Of a stretch of DNA of 64,000 bases, positions 22,250-32,301 are shown piece after piece. Positions within the stretch are counted from its first letter, which is position 1; every line of letters begins with the position of its first letter. Position numbers and translations under genes: made by a program. The notes below the pieces were generated by a model. That model was not told where the DNA came from and did no database searches. It saw nothing but the letters and a program-made list of their open reading frames with translations. The stretch comes from Myxococcota bacterium (GTDB taxonomy: Bacteria > Myxococcota_A > Polyangia > Nannocystales > Nannocystaceae). Location: NCBI GenBank assembly GCA_039194325.1, contig JBCCWC010000014.1:1-64000 (forward strand), in the 5' to 3' direction.

Positions 22250-24769
22250 ATGTCGGATCGCATGCGCTCCGTTGCCGTGATCACGGGCCTCGCGGCGTTG
22301 ACGATCACCGGGGTGTGGACAGGGGCGTGCCGTGACGAGCCTCGGGTCACGCCGATCGGTACCGTCGCTGAGCCCCGCGAGCCGCCGCCTCCGGTCGAGT
22401 GGTCGCAGCAGGGCTGCACGGCGGTGGGCTGCCACGCGGGGGTGGAGGCGATCCGTCCGCCGGGCTCGGGGATGCTCGCGGCCCTGCGCGAGCGCGGGTC
22501 GGCCTTTGGCGATCCGGATGGTTGCGTGGTGTGCCACGGTGGGGATCCGGCCGCGACCGATCCCTCGCTCGCCCACCAGGGGGCGCCCGCGGGGCTTGAG
22601 GCCGAGCAGGGCCCCGAGGGGTTCTATCCCGACCCGGCCTCGCCGTGGATCAACGAGCGCACCTGCGGCCAGTGCCACGCCGAGCTGGTGCGGGCGCAGT
22701 GGAACAGCCTGATGATGACCGAGGCGGGGAAGATCCAGGGGACGACCTGGTCCTTTGGCGCTCCCGCCGGCGACAGCTACGAGCATCGTTGGGCCAACTA
22801 CCCCACCGAGAACCCCGAGGATGACAACGCTCGCCAGGGCACCGCGGCCTACCGCGAGTACATGGCCAAAAAGAGCGCCGCTCACCCCAACATCTTCGTG
22901 CAGGCCCACGAAGGGGTGCCCGACGCTCCGGCGTGGGACGAGCTGTCGACCGTGGTCGAGGATCCGCAGCGATCGGTCTTCACGTACATCCGGGCCGAGT
23001 GCCAGCGCTGCCACTTGGGGGTCAAGGGCCGCCCCAAGCGTGGTGACTTTCGAGGCATGGGCTGCGGCGCGTGCCACCTCCCCTACGGCAACGAGGGGCT
23101 CTACGAGGGGGGTGACGCTACAATTTCGGCCTCCGAGCCCGGCCGGCCGCTGGTGCACACCATCCAAGGCACCCGCGATGCCTGGGTGCGCGTGCACGAG
23201 ACCGACTACACCGGCGTGCCGGTGGAGACCTGCACCACCTGCCACAACCGCGGCAAGCGGATCGGCGTGTCGTACCAAGGGCTGATGGAGGCGGCGTGGG
23301 CGTCGCCCTACACCGAGGGCGGCGGCGGTCAGCTGGGGCTGCACAGCAAGCACTACGTGGCCATGGAGCAGGACGTGCACTACCAGCGCGGCATGCTCTG
23401 CCAGGATTGCCACACCTCGGGCGACGTACACGGCGATGGGTTCATCGCGGCGGCCAACCTGGCCGCGATCGAGATCGAGTGCACCGACTGTCACGGCACG
23501 CCGGGTGCCTACCCCTGGGAGCTGCCGCTGGGCTGGGGCGACGAGGACGGTCGCGGTGCTCTGTCCGAGGGGTCGAAGGGCCCCGCCCGCGGGGTCGCCC
23601 ACGAGCTCCCCGAGTACCTGCGGCGGGGTTGGGCGGCCCCGGGGCAGGACGGCTGGGTGCTCACCGCGCGGGGCAACCCCATGCCGGAGATCGAGCGGGT
23701 GGGCGACCGGGTGCTGGTGCACACCGCGGGCGGGGCCGACCTGTGGCTCGAGCCGCTCAAGCGCAAGGTGGAGCAGGGCACGCTGTCGCCCGAGGCCCGG
23801 GTGGCGATGGTGCACGCGGGCAAGCACATCGAGACCATGGAGTGCTACGCGTGCCACGCCGGCTGGGCGCCCCAGTGCTACGGCTGCCACGTGAAGGTGA
23901 GCTATGCGGGCGGGGCCCGCTCGTTTGACTGGGTGGCCGCCGGGCGAGCGCACCAACAATCGCCCGAGCACCGTAAAGACCGAGGCGAGCAGGGCTACCA
24001 GACCTTTATGCCCGGCGAGGTCACCGAGATGCGCTCGTTCATGCGCTGGGAGGATCCCCCGCTGGGGGTCAACGGCGAGGGCCGAGTCTCGCCGCTGGTG
24101 CCCGGGTGTCAGGTCTCGGTCACCGTTGTCGGCGAGGACGGGCAAGAGGTGGTGCGCAACCAGATCTTCCGCACGCCGGCGCACACCGAGGGGGCCGGGG
24201 CGCAGGGGCAGCTGGGGATCGACATGAGCCCGATCCAGCCGCACACGATCGGCAAGGCTCGCTCGTGCGAGTCGTGCCACGGCTCGGCCAAGGCCATGGG
24301 CTACGGGATCGGCTTCACCCGGCCGTGGGACACGGCCAAGGTGGTGGAGCTGGCCACCGCCGACGGCACGGTGCTCTCCCGCAACGCCCGCGCGCAGATC
24401 GAGGCGGTGCAGGGGCTGGTGAGCGACTGGTCGGCGGTGGTCGACGAGCAGGGGCAGCAGCTACAGACGGTGGGTCACCACTTCGATGGGTCGGGCCCGC
24501 TCTCGGACGAGCAGCGGCGCGCTATGGATCGGAGCAACGTGTGCGTGGCCTGCCACGAGCAGATCCCCTCGGGTAGCCTGGCTGTGTCGGCGCTCCACCA
24601 TATGGCGGCGGTCTCGGGGCGGCTGCCCACGAGCAATGCGGAGCATCGCAGCTTGTTGCGCTCGATCCTGCTGACCTCGGCCTGGGCCCAGATGGGCGCG
24701 GGCGCGCTGCTGATGCTGGGCGTTTTGGGGGGTGTACGGTGGTGGCGACGACGTCGACGCTCGGCGTAG
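22250..24769 (+). CDS. Membrane-anchored multiheme c-type cytochrome
   Basis: 11 CXXCH motifs plus one CX4CH (CTAVGCH); lipoprotein-like signal (VWTGAC); C-terminal TM helix followed by RWWRRRRR. Confidence 0.9.
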   Translation: MSDRMRSVAVITGLAALTITGVWTGACRDEPRVTPIGTVAEPREPPPPVEWSQQGCTAVGCHAGVEAIRPPGSGMLAALRERGSAFGDPDGCVVCHGGDPAATDPSLAHQGAPAGLEAEQGPEGFYPDPASPWINERTCGQCHAELVRAQWNSLMMTEAGKIQGTTWSFGAPAGDSYEHRWANYPTENPEDDNARQGTAAYREYMAKKSAAHPNIFVQAHEGVPDAPAWDELSTVVEDPQRSVFTYIRAECQRCHLGVKGRPKRGDFRGMGCGACHLPYGNEGLYEGGDATISASEPGRPLVHTIQGTRDAWVRVHETDYTGVPVETCTTCHNRGKRIGVSYQGLMEAAWASPYTEGGGGQLGLHSKHYVAMEQDVHYQRGMLCQDCHTSGDVHGDGFIAAANLAAIEIECTDCHGTPGAYPWELPLGWGDEDGRGALSEGSKGPARGVAHELPEYLRRGWAAPGQDGWVLTARGNPMPEIERVGDRVLVHTAGGADLWLEPLKRKVEQGTLSPEARVAMVHAGKHIETMECYACHAGWAPQCYGCHVKVSYAGGARSFDWVAAGRAHQQSPEHRKDRGEQGYQTFMPGEVTEMRSFMRWEDPPLGVNGEGRVSPLVPGCQVSVTVVGEDGQEVVRNQIFRTPAHTEGAGAQGQLGIDMSPIQPHTIGKARSCESCHGSAKAMGYGIGFTRPWDTAKVVELATADGTVLSRNARAQIEAVQGLVSDWSAVVDEQGQQLQTVGHHFDGSGPLSDEQRRAMDRSNVCVACHEQIPSGSLAVSALHHMAAVSGRLPTSNAEHRSLLRSILLTSAWAQMGAGALLMLGVLGGVRWWRRRRRSA

Positions 24770-24808
24770 GCGCCAGCAGTAGGCGGGGCATCCGAGCCGG
24801 GGTGATGA

Positions 24809-24958
24809 TCAGCTCAGCGACGGGGTGTGGGGAGCAAAGGCCAGGTGGATCGCTCGTCGGGTGCGGTGTCGATGCTGGGTGGTGGCGACGCTCTGCATGA
24901 AGGTCGACAGCACGGTGGTCATCAGGATGAAGGTGGCGATGGCTTCGAGCATGAACAT
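24809..24958 (-). CDS. Small hydrophobic protein, 49 aa (not in ORF track)
   Basis: MFMLEAIATFILMTTVLSTFMQSVATTQHRHRTRRAIHLAFAPHTPSLS; AAGGA RBS 8 nt before ATG; GC3-rich codons. Confidence 0.6.
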   Translation of the reverse strand: MFMLEAIATFILMTTVLSTFMQSVATTQHRHRTRRAIHLAFAPHTPSLS

Positions 24959-25038
24959 GGTCGGTTTCCTTGGGCTGGGCTGGTTCGGATAGGGCTGGGT
25001 GGATGGATTTCTTGCTTGTCGCTACGCATTAGGGTTGG

Positions 25039-25054
25039 TGCAGGCGTCGTGCCA
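25039..25054 (-). promoter_or_regulatory. sigma54 (-24/-12) promoter
   Basis: Minus strand TGGCACGACGCCTGCA with exact GG-N10-GC spacing, about 80 nt upstream of the small ORF. Confidence 0.65.
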
Positions 25055-25247
25055 GGCTGGAGCACGTGTCGGGTGCGAGTCTCGAGGCGTCTCTAATGCT
25101 TCTAGAACAGTGTTTATCGGGCATTTTGTGACTCCTGTGGTCGTCGACCCATGCGAGGACCAGCGGTCCAATAGTCGCGATGACTCGCGAGTCGCCAGTG
25201 GCCGTGTCGTCTTGTCAACGGTGCTAGCGTGATCGCGGGCGGCGAAC

Positions 25248-26012
25248 GTGTCGGGCAAGCATCGAGGACTGGCCCCTGGTGACGCCGAGCGCTTTGCGAT
25301 GGACCGTCTGCCGGTGCTGCAGACGGCGGTCTCGGAGCTCTCGTGGCTGCTTGGGCGCGGCTACGCCGAGCGCTCCGCGCTCGCGCTGGTGGGCAATCGT
25401 CACGCCCTGTGCGCGCGGCAGCGCAAAGCGGTCTCCCGCTGCGCCGCGGCCGACGAGGCGGCGCGGGCTCGTCGGTCGCGACGGGTAGACGCGGCCGCGC
25501 TAGCCAACGCGGTGGTTCACGTCGATGGTTTCAACGTGATCATCGGAGGCGAGTCGGTCTGGAGCGGCGGCGTGGTGTTGTTGGGTCGTGACGGGGCACA
25601 CCGGGATCTGGCGAGCGTGCACGGCACCTATGCGCGGGTCGAACAGACCCTCGGGGTCCTCGATGCGCTTGCTGGTGTGCTGGCGCCGGCTCGCGCCGTG
25701 GTCTGGTATCTCGATCGCCCCGTGTCCAACAGCGGCCGCCTGGCGGGCCTTGTGCGCCAGTGTGCCCAGGAGCACGGGTGCCGGTGGGATGTCGAGCTGG
25801 TGTGGGATCCCGACGCCGTGCTGATCGGCAGTGAGGCCATCGTGGCCACGGCCGATGCTCGGATCCTCGACGCCGGGATCGCTTGGGTCGATCTGGTCGG
25901 GGCCTTGGTGTCGCGGGCCCCGGGCCGGACCCGGGTGCTCGACCTGGGGACCGAGCGGAGCGCCGAGCGAGACGCCCCGCTGGGTCCCGATCAGCCGAAG
26001 ACTTCCTCGTAG
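25248..26012 (+). CDS. DUF434 domain-containing protein (PIN/NYN-like acidic motifs)
   Basis: LSWLLGRGY..ALALVGNRHAL..RQR; VHVDGFNV, GRDGAHRDLA, YLDRPVSNSGRL, ATADARILD. Confidence 0.85.
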   Translation: MSGKHRGLAPGDAERFAMDRLPVLQTAVSELSWLLGRGYAERSALALVGNRHALCARQRKAVSRCAAADEAARARRSRRVDAAALANAVVHVDGFNVIIGGESVWSGGVVLLGRDGAHRDLASVHGTYARVEQTLGVLDALAGVLAPARAVVWYLDRPVSNSGRLAGLVRQCAQEHGCRWDVELVWDPDAVLIGSEAIVATADARILDAGIAWVDLVGALVSRAPGRTRVLDLGTERSAERDAPLGPDQPKTSS

Positions 26013-26344
26013 AGGCTCTCGTTGAAGCCCACGAGGATCGTGTTGCCCGCGCGGAGCGTTGGCGCGCGGAGGTTGCCGGTGGAGCCCAGCATGGCGTCGA
26101 CCGCCTCGGAGTCGACCGACGCGCCGATCGTCCAGGTGGCGACCTTCTTGCCTTTGGCCACGAGCAGGCGGGTGCCCTTTTGAAGCATCGCGCGGGCATC
26201 CTCGCGGCCCAGTTTGCGGCTGGCCGAGACGATCTCGGCGGCCTCGAGCTCATTGGCGTCCATGAACTTGGACGCTCGCTTGCAGCCCGTTCAACCGGAG
26301 CGTTGGTAGAGCCAGTCGATCTTGCTTGGTTTGGTCTTGGTCAT
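25991..26344 (-). CDS. ArsC/Spx-like thioredoxin-fold selenoprotein (UxxC), 117 aa
   Basis: MTKTKPSKIDWLYQRSG-TGA(26293-26291)-TGCKRASKFMDA.. in one frame, continuing to LGSTGNLRAPTLRAGNTILVGFN; SECIS-like hairpin follows. Confidence 0.85.
26256..26275 (-). promoter_or_regulatory. Bacterial SECIS element
   Basis: GCGUCCA-AGUUCA-UGGACGC perfect 7-bp stem; loop begins 22 nt after UGA with G at loop position 2. Confidence 0.75.
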
Positions 26345-26481
26345 CGAACTTTGAATAGCGGAATGTCCGAGCGGTCGCAAACGCTTTAGGCGGGCCCAAC
26401 CATCCCATGGGATCTTGTTGGACGGCGGGATCTTGCTAGATCCCGCTGAATCATCTCGGTCCACTTTAGAGTTCGACGACT

Positions 26482-27501
26482 TTAGAGCTCGACGACGAGC
26501 TTGCCGTGCTTCTCGCCCCGCAGCAGCTGGCGCAGCGCCTCGGGCAGCTGGTCGAAGCCCTTGCGCACGTCCTCGAGGGTCTTGATCCGTCCCTCCCCGG
26601 CCCACGTCAGCAGATCTTTGCTCGCCTCGGCGAACCGGTCCGCGTGGTCGGAGACGATGAACCCCTGGATCCGCAGCCGTCGCATCAACACCATCGGGAA
26701 CGCGTAGGGTCCCGGCTGCTTGTCCTTGGAGCCCGCCGCGTTGTAGCCGGCGATCAAGCCGCACACGGACACCCGGCCGAAGTTGTTCATGCGCAAGAGG
26801 ATCTCGTCGAAGATCGGGCCCCCCACGTTCTCGAAGCAGACGTCGATCCCGTCGGGGCAGTGCTCGTCCAAGCCTGCCCCCACGTCGGCGTTCTTGTAGT
26901 CGATGCAGGCGTCCAGGCCCAGCGTCTCGGTGGCGTAGCGGCACTTGTCGGGGCCGCCGGCGATCCCCACCACGCGGCAGCCCTTGATCTTGCCGATCTG
27001 ACCCACCAGCGAGCCCACCGAGCCCGCGGCCCCATCGACCACCAGCGTCTCGCCTTCTTTGGGCTGGCCGACGTCGAGCAGCCCGATGTACGCGGTCATC
27101 CCCGAGGTCAGCGCCAGCAGGCTGAGCACCTTGGCGTCGGGCAGCGGTAGCTCGGCAGGCAGTGTTTGCACGAAGTTGGCGGCCGGCTCGATCGTGGGGT
27201 GCGTGGCCCAGCCCAGCAGGCCCACCACGCGATCGCCGGCCGCGTAGTCGGGGTGGGCCGATTGCTCCACCACCCCCACGCCCAGGCAGCGTACGACCTC
27301 TCCTATCGCGATCGGCGGCATGTACTGCGGCTCGTCGCTCATCCAGATCCGGATCGTCGGATCGATCGACAGGTAGGTGGTGCGGATCTGGATCTGCCCC
27401 TCGCTTGGTGCGGCGACGGGTTGCTCGTGGCGCCCGAGATCGGAGTCCTTCAGCTCGCCCGAGGGACGGGTCTCGAGGGTGAATGTGCGGTGCTGGGTCA
27501 T
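26482..27501 (-). CDS. NADP-dependent oxidoreductase (CurA/prostaglandin reductase-like, MDR family)
   Basis: YLSIDP, GMTAYIGL, VDGAAGSVGSLVGQIGKIKGCRVVGIAGGPDKC, FENVGG, GKLVV. Confidence 0.93.
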   Translation of the reverse strand: MTQHRTFTLETRPSGELKDSDLGRHEQPVAAPSEGQIQIRTTYLSIDPTIRIWMSDEPQYMPPIAIGEVVRCLGVGVVEQSAHPDYAAGDRVVGLLGWATHPTIEPAANFVQTLPAELPLPDAKVLSLLALTSGMTAYIGLLDVGQPKEGETLVVDGAAGSVGSLVGQIGKIKGCRVVGIAGGPDKCRYATETLGLDACIDYKNADVGAGLDEHCPDGIDVCFENVGGPIFDEILLRMNNFGRVSVCGLIAGYNAAGSKDKQPGPYAFPMVLMRRLRIQGFIVSDHADRFAEASKDLLTWAGEGRIKTLEDVRKGFDQLPEALRQLLRGEKHGKLVVEL

Positions 27502-27607
27502 CGAGCGTGGCCTACCACGGTCGTGCGACCCTGCCCACATGGGTCCCGCCTCGCTCCCGCTCCGCTTCTCGTTGGGCCCACGTGGTGGGTCGCCCGCGCG
27601 GACGCAC

Positions 27608-30600
27608 TCAGCGCGGGGGATCTCCGGTCAGCGAGATGTCGCCCTCCTCGTACAGTCGGCGCCCTATCGCCCGCCGCAGCGAGGCCGGCGGCGATGGGCT
27701 GGGCGGGGCGTGGATCCGCAGCACTACCGCCCCCACCACGCGCTCGTCCCCCTCGATCGTCGCGTGGAGCATGGCGCTCAGCCAGCCGGAGCGAGGGTGC
27801 TCAAGGGTCTTGCCCTCCTCGGTCCTGGCCGAGTCTTGGGCGGCGGCGATCCTGCGGGCGACGTCCTCGGCGATCGCGGCGGGTGGCTCGGAGCCCGCCG
27901 ACGGGGCGACCAGCGTGGGCTCCCCGTCGCGCAGCAAGTAGAGGAACGCCTGCTTGCTGCCCGCTGCCTCCCGCAGGGTGTCGAGCGCTCGCTGGGCCCG
28001 CTCGGCTGGGGTGTGACAGGCCGACAGCAGCGACAGCGCCTCGTCTAAAGAATCGTGGGCGGTATCGTGGGCGGTGTTGTGGGCAGCCTCGGGGTCGAAC
28101 ACCAGCGTGGCGACATCGCTGCTGCTGGACCCCGCGTCTCCCGGGCGGGTGCCCTCGCCGATCCGCCGCCTCAGGCGCTCGTAGCGGGCGATCAGCACCG
28201 GGTTGCGGGTGGGCACGAAGTGTCGCTCGACGCGCTCGGCGTGCTCGCGAGCCCCGTCGTCGTCGCCCGAGTCGAACGCGAGCTCGGCCAGCACCTCGTG
28301 GAGCGACCCGAGCACGAAGGGATTGTCGATCGCTTCTGCTTCTTGGACGAGGCGAGCCAGCCGCTGGGCGGCCGCGTCGGTCCGGCCGCCGGCGATCTCC
28401 ACCAGGGCCAGGCAGCGCTCGGCCCGGAGCCGGAAGCTCGTTTGTCCGTACTCGGGGTGGGCGGCGTGGGCGATCGCCTCCTCGCAGGCTCGCCGGGCGT
28501 CGCCCAGCCTGTCCGCCTCGCGTAGCGCATCGGCCCGGGCCGCCAGCGCCCACGGGCGCGGCAGGCCCTCACCCGGGGGCAGCTGGGCCAGCGCTTGGTC
28601 GACGAGCGCCAGCGCCTCCTGGTGATCGCCCCGCAGGCGGGCATGCTCGGCCTGGGCCAGGTGCAGGTAGGCCGAAAACCCCAGCCCCGCCTCTACCTGC
28701 CGGGCCAGGGCCTCCACGCAGCGCCGCAGCCCCAGCATGTCGTCGGTATAGGCATAGGTGATAGCGGCCGACGAGTGGTGGATCGCGTACAGCTGCCAAA
28801 GCGCGCCCAGGCGTACGAACTCGAGCTCGGCCTTGGCCCACATGCGCTGGGCCGCCGCCGACTCGCCGCGCCACATGTGGTAGTAGGTTCGCGCCTGGAG
28901 GCCCCCGATCACCCAGATCCGAGGGCCCAATTGCTCAAGCTTCTCGATCTCGTCGAGCGCCTCGGGGTTGCCGACTCGGGCGGCGACCAGGGCTCGCTGG
29001 AAGCGAGCGCCCCCCATCGACAGCGCCTTCTCGTCGGCGGTGAGCCAGCGCCGCTGCGTGTGCATGCCGCTGAGGTTGCGGGCGCTGCTGTCCATCAGGG
29101 TGGCCAGGCGGCCGAGGTTGAAGTTGAGCAGGTTCTTGGTGAAGCTGACCGCGGTGCGCACGAACATGTGGGCGACCGGACTGACCGAGGCCAGGGCGGC
29201 GTTGCATCGCCGCAGGCCTTCGGTGTCGAAGGAAAACCCCGCCACGCCGGCGCTGTAGACCACCGTGCGCAAGTACATGTCCAGCGCGCGCAAGAGCGGC
29301 AGGCGACGGCGTGGCGCCACCGCCCGGTGCAGCAGCGTGACCAGCACCGCGACCACCAGCGCCAGCGTGCGACCGAGCAGTCGAGCCCAGCGCTCGGCTC
29401 GGGCCAGGCCGCAGTGACTGGCGAGCACGCGCAGCGTTCGCTCGCGGTGGCGCTGGTTGACCTGCCGATCGCAAAAGAAGCCCGCGCTCACCAGCATGTA
29501 CGAGAGCTCCGCCACCTCCCGGGGCTGCCGGCCCTGGGCCTCGATCACCGCCAGCGCGGCCTCCAGGGGCGCGATGCAGTCCTCGAACGAGGTCGCGTCG
29601 AACAGGCGCCGGCCCGCGCTCGCCAGCAGCCGCGCCCCTCGGGCCTGGTCTCCGCCGCGTAGCAGGTGCCAGCCCACCTGGGCCTCGTGCTCCGGAGTCA
29701 CCGGGCCGTCGGCGGCCAGGGTCTGCCCCACGTGGAGCTCGAGGTCGCGGCGAGGCCCGGGGGCCAGGGTGCGCAGCAGCGCGTCCCGCAGGCCATCGTG
29801 GCGGATCTGGTAGCGCGCGCCGGTGCCGATCAGCACCTCCTGGCGCACCAGGGCGTCGATCGCCGTGAAGACCTCCTGCTCCGGCATGTCCGGCGCCAGG
29901 GCCACGCACAGGGCCAGGCCCGTCTGCTCCCCGTGGACCGCGAGCACCTGGCCCAGCGTCAGCGCCGAAGGCGACAGGTTCGCGATGCGGGCGTCGAGGG
30001 TCTGCTCGAGCGCGGTGGGCAGTCCTTCGCCCTCGAAGTGCTCGGGGAGCACCCACATGCCCTCGGCGTAGCGAAGGCGATCGCGCTCGATCAGATCGCG
30101 GACGAGCTCGGTGCAGTGCAGGGGGCTGCCGCCCGCGGTGCGGTGCAGCCAGTCGGCGAGGCGCTCATGGTTGGAGACCTCGCCGAAGGTGCTCTGCACC
30201 AGCAGCCCTACCTCGGACCGGGTCAGGCCCCGGGAGCGCAGGCGGATCGCCCGCTCGCGGAGGTTGGCCAGGGCTCCGTCGGCTCGGCTCGGCTCGTCGG
30301 AGCGGATCGCCGCCACCAGCAGCAGCGAGCGCTCGGGGGCCACGTGGGCCAGGCCCGCGATCACGGCCGCCGAGCTCTCGTCGACCCGCTGGAGGTTGTC
30401 GATCACCAGCACCAGCGGGCGGTGCATGGCGAAGGTCGTCAGCCAGTCGCTGAATGCGGCCTGCACCGCGGCCCGCTCCTCTCGGTGGTCGCGGGAGTTG
30501 CCCGAGCGCTCGCCGCCTTCGAAGGCCAGCGGATCGGGCAGCAGCCGATCGATGAGCGCCGCATGGCGGGCGCTCTTTGCCGGATCCTTGCGTCCGCGTC

Positions 30601-31756
30601 GCTCGAGCTGCCGGGCCAGCTCGCGCACCAGCGCGTAGGGCCCCGTCGCGCCTCCCTCGCCGTGCAGGACCACCGCGCCGGCCAGCTTGGCCTCCAGCTC
30701 GATCTCCCGCAGCAGCCGGGTCTTGCCCATGCCCGAGCGGCCCTCGATGAGGATCGCCCCGCCTTGTCCGGCCGTGGCTCGCTCGATCCGCTTGCGGGCC
30801 AGCTCCAGCTCGCGCTCGCGCCCGACCATCGCCGCGCTGCTCACGTAGCCGTGGGCCGCGTCCAGCTGCGGCGCCGCCGGTAGCTCGGCGATCGCCCCCA
30901 GCCGCTCGATGACCTCGGCCGCGTGGCTGGGGCGCCCCAGCGGCTCGGCGCACAGAAGCGACAGCACCAGGTCGTCGAGCGCGGGCGGGATCCCGTCTAC
31001 CAGCATCGAGGGGGCCGGTGGTGGCCGCCGGCCGTTACGCATCAGATCGTCGAGGTTGCGGATCCGCTGCGGGTGGCGACCGGTGAGCAGCCAGAACGCC
31101 AGCGCGCCCAGCCCGAATAGATCGGCTCGGCCGTCCATGGGCAGGCCCAGCAGCATCTCCGGCGCGATCGAAGGCAGCGTGCCCACCACCTCGTGGGACA
31201 CGCCCATCGTCGCCAGCATCCCAAAGTCCAGCAGCTTGGCTCGGCCGTCCTCGGTGCAGCGCACGTTGCGGGGGGCCACGTCGCGGTGCAGCAACTGGCG
31301 CGCGTGCAACAGCGCCAGGGCCGAGGCCACGTCGCGCAGCAGGCCACACGCGCGTGGCCAGGGCAGGGGGGCCAGCTCGGACAGGTCCTGTCCGTCCAGC
31401 AGCTCCATCGTATAGAAGGGCCGATCCTTGTCGTCGACCCCGTAGTCGTACACCTCCACGATCCGGGGGTGTCGCAGGCGGGCCAGCGTGTGGAACTCGT
31501 GGCGAAAGCGGAGCCGATCGTCTTGCTTGTGCGGGCCCAGAGCGAAGCGCTTGAGCGCCAGCGGGCGATCGTTGGCCAGGTCGTGGACATGCCACACCTC
31601 GCCCATCGCCCCCTGGCCCAGCCGCCCTTCGATGTGGTAGCGACCCGCCAGGGCGCCCGGGTCGGACAGATCGACCGGCGGGGACGGCCGATCGCCGACC
31701 TTCACGTCGACCTTCATGGGGGCGCGTTGCGCTCGGTCTTCGGCAGGGGCCGCCAC
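27608..31756 (-). CDS. Ser/Thr kinase - AAA/STAND ATPase - helical repeat signalling protein
   Basis: LGQGAMGEV, HRDVAPRN, DFG, APE; VGRERE, GRSGMGKT, VIDNLQRVD, GGSPL; start may be ATG 31717. Confidence 0.88.
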   Translation of the reverse strand: MAAPAEDRAQRAPMKVDVKVGDRPSPPVDLSDPGALAGRYHIEGRLGQGAMGEVWHVHDLANDRPLALKRFALGPHKQDDRLRFRHEFHTLARLRHPRIVEVYDYGVDDKDRPFYTMELLDGQDLSELAPLPWPRACGLLRDVASALALLHARQLLHRDVAPRNVRCTEDGRAKLLDFGMLATMGVSHEVVGTLPSIAPEMLLGLPMDGRADLFGLGALAFWLLTGRHPQRIRNLDDLMRNGRRPPPAPSMLVDGIPPALDDLVLSLLCAEPLGRPSHAAEVIERLGAIAELPAAPQLDAAHGYVSSAAMVGRERELELARKRIERATAGQGGAILIEGRSGMGKTRLLREIELEAKLAGAVVLHGEGGATGPYALVRELARQLERRGRKDPAKSARHAALIDRLLPDPLAFEGGERSGNSRDHREERAAVQAAFSDWLTTFAMHRPLVLVIDNLQRVDESSAAVIAGLAHVAPERSLLLVAAIRSDEPSRADGALANLRERAIRLRSRGLTRSEVGLLVQSTFGEVSNHERLADWLHRTAGGSPLHCTELVRDLIERDRLRYAEGMWVLPEHFEGEGLPTALEQTLDARIANLSPSALTLGQVLAVHGEQTGLALCVALAPDMPEQEVFTAIDALVRQEVLIGTGARYQIRHDGLRDALLRTLAPGPRRDLELHVGQTLAADGPVTPEHEAQVGWHLLRGGDQARGARLLASAGRRLFDATSFEDCIAPLEAALAVIEAQGRQPREVAELSYMLVSAGFFCDRQVNQRHRERTLRVLASHCGLARAERWARLLGRTLALVVAVLVTLLHRAVAPRRRLPLLRALDMYLRTVVYSAGVAGFSFDTEGLRRCNAALASVSPVAHMFVRTAVSFTKNLLNFNLGRLATLMDSSARNLSGMHTQRRWLTADEKALSMGGARFQRALVAARVGNPEALDEIEKLEQLGPRIWVIGGLQARTYYHMWRGESAAAQRMWAKAELEFVRLGALWQLYAIHHSSAAITYAYTDDMLGLRRCVEALARQVEAGLGFSAYLHLAQAEHARLRGDHQEALALVDQALAQLPPGEGLPRPWALAARADALREADRLGDARRACEEAIAHAAHPEYGQTSFRLRAERCLALVEIAGGRTDAAAQRLARLVQEAEAIDNPFVLGSLHEVLAELAFDSGDDDGAREHAERVERHFVPTRNPVLIARYERLRRRIGEGTRPGDAGSSSSDVATLVFDPEAAHNTAHDTAHDSLDEALSLLSACHTPAERAQRALDTLREAAGSKQAFLYLLRDGEPTLVAPSAGSEPPAAIAEDVARRIAAAQDSARTEEGKTLEHPRSGWLSAMLHATIEGDERVVGAVVLRIHAPPSPSPPASLRRAIGRRLYEEGDISLTGDPPR

Positions 31757-31806
31757 CTCGGCCGATGATACCGATGACAGCGCGCGCCGGTCGGCCGTCC
31801 GTGCGG

Positions 31807-32301
31807 TCAGCCGCCGTTACGGCGCCGAAACAGCGGTCGCGGCTCGTCGACCCCGGCCTGGTAGCGCACCGAGAGCTCGCTGAAGGCGGCCAGGGCGTCG
31901 ACCAGCGACTTGCCCGGCTGTAGCTCGAACGCATCGAAGCCACAGCGGTGCATGTACAGCAGCTGATCGCGCAGCACGTTGCCCATCGCTCGTAGCTCGC
32001 CGCGGTACTCGTGGCGCTCGCGGAGCAGGCGGGCGAGGCTGTAGCCCCGGCCGTCGGTGAACTTGGGGAACTCGATGGCCAAGAGCGGCAGCGTGTCGAG
32101 CTCGGGCAGCAGCGGCGTGGGCTCGTCGGCGGGCTGCAGCCGCACGCCCACCTGGCCGGCGCGGGCCACAAGGGCGTCGTGCTCCGCCTGCCAGCGCCCC
32201 AGGCTCACCGTCACGTCGGCCTCGTCGGCGGGCAGCGGATCCTCGTCGCCCAGGTGGACCCACGTGCTCGTGACGACCTCGCCCCGTTTAATGATCTCCA
32301 T
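31807..32301 (-). CDS. DUF934 domain-containing protein (sulfite reductase-associated)
   Basis: AIEFPKFTDGRGYSLARLLR..GELRAMGNVLRDQL..RCGFDAF; overlaps cysI stop. Confidence 0.92.
   Translation of the reverse strand: MEIIKRGEVVTSTWVHLGDEDPLPADEADVTVSLGRWQAEHDALVARAGQVGVRLQPADEPTPLLPELDTLPLLAIEFPKFTDGRGYSLARLLRERHEYRGELRAMGNVLRDQLLYMHRCGFDAFELQPGKSLVDALAAFSELSVRYQAGVDEPRPLFRRRNGG

Noticed and set aside
25991..26263. 90-aa ORF as a complete gene or nonsense pseudogene
   Set aside because: The upstream in-frame segment, UGA at the redox Cys position and SECIS hairpin favour selenocysteine readthrough
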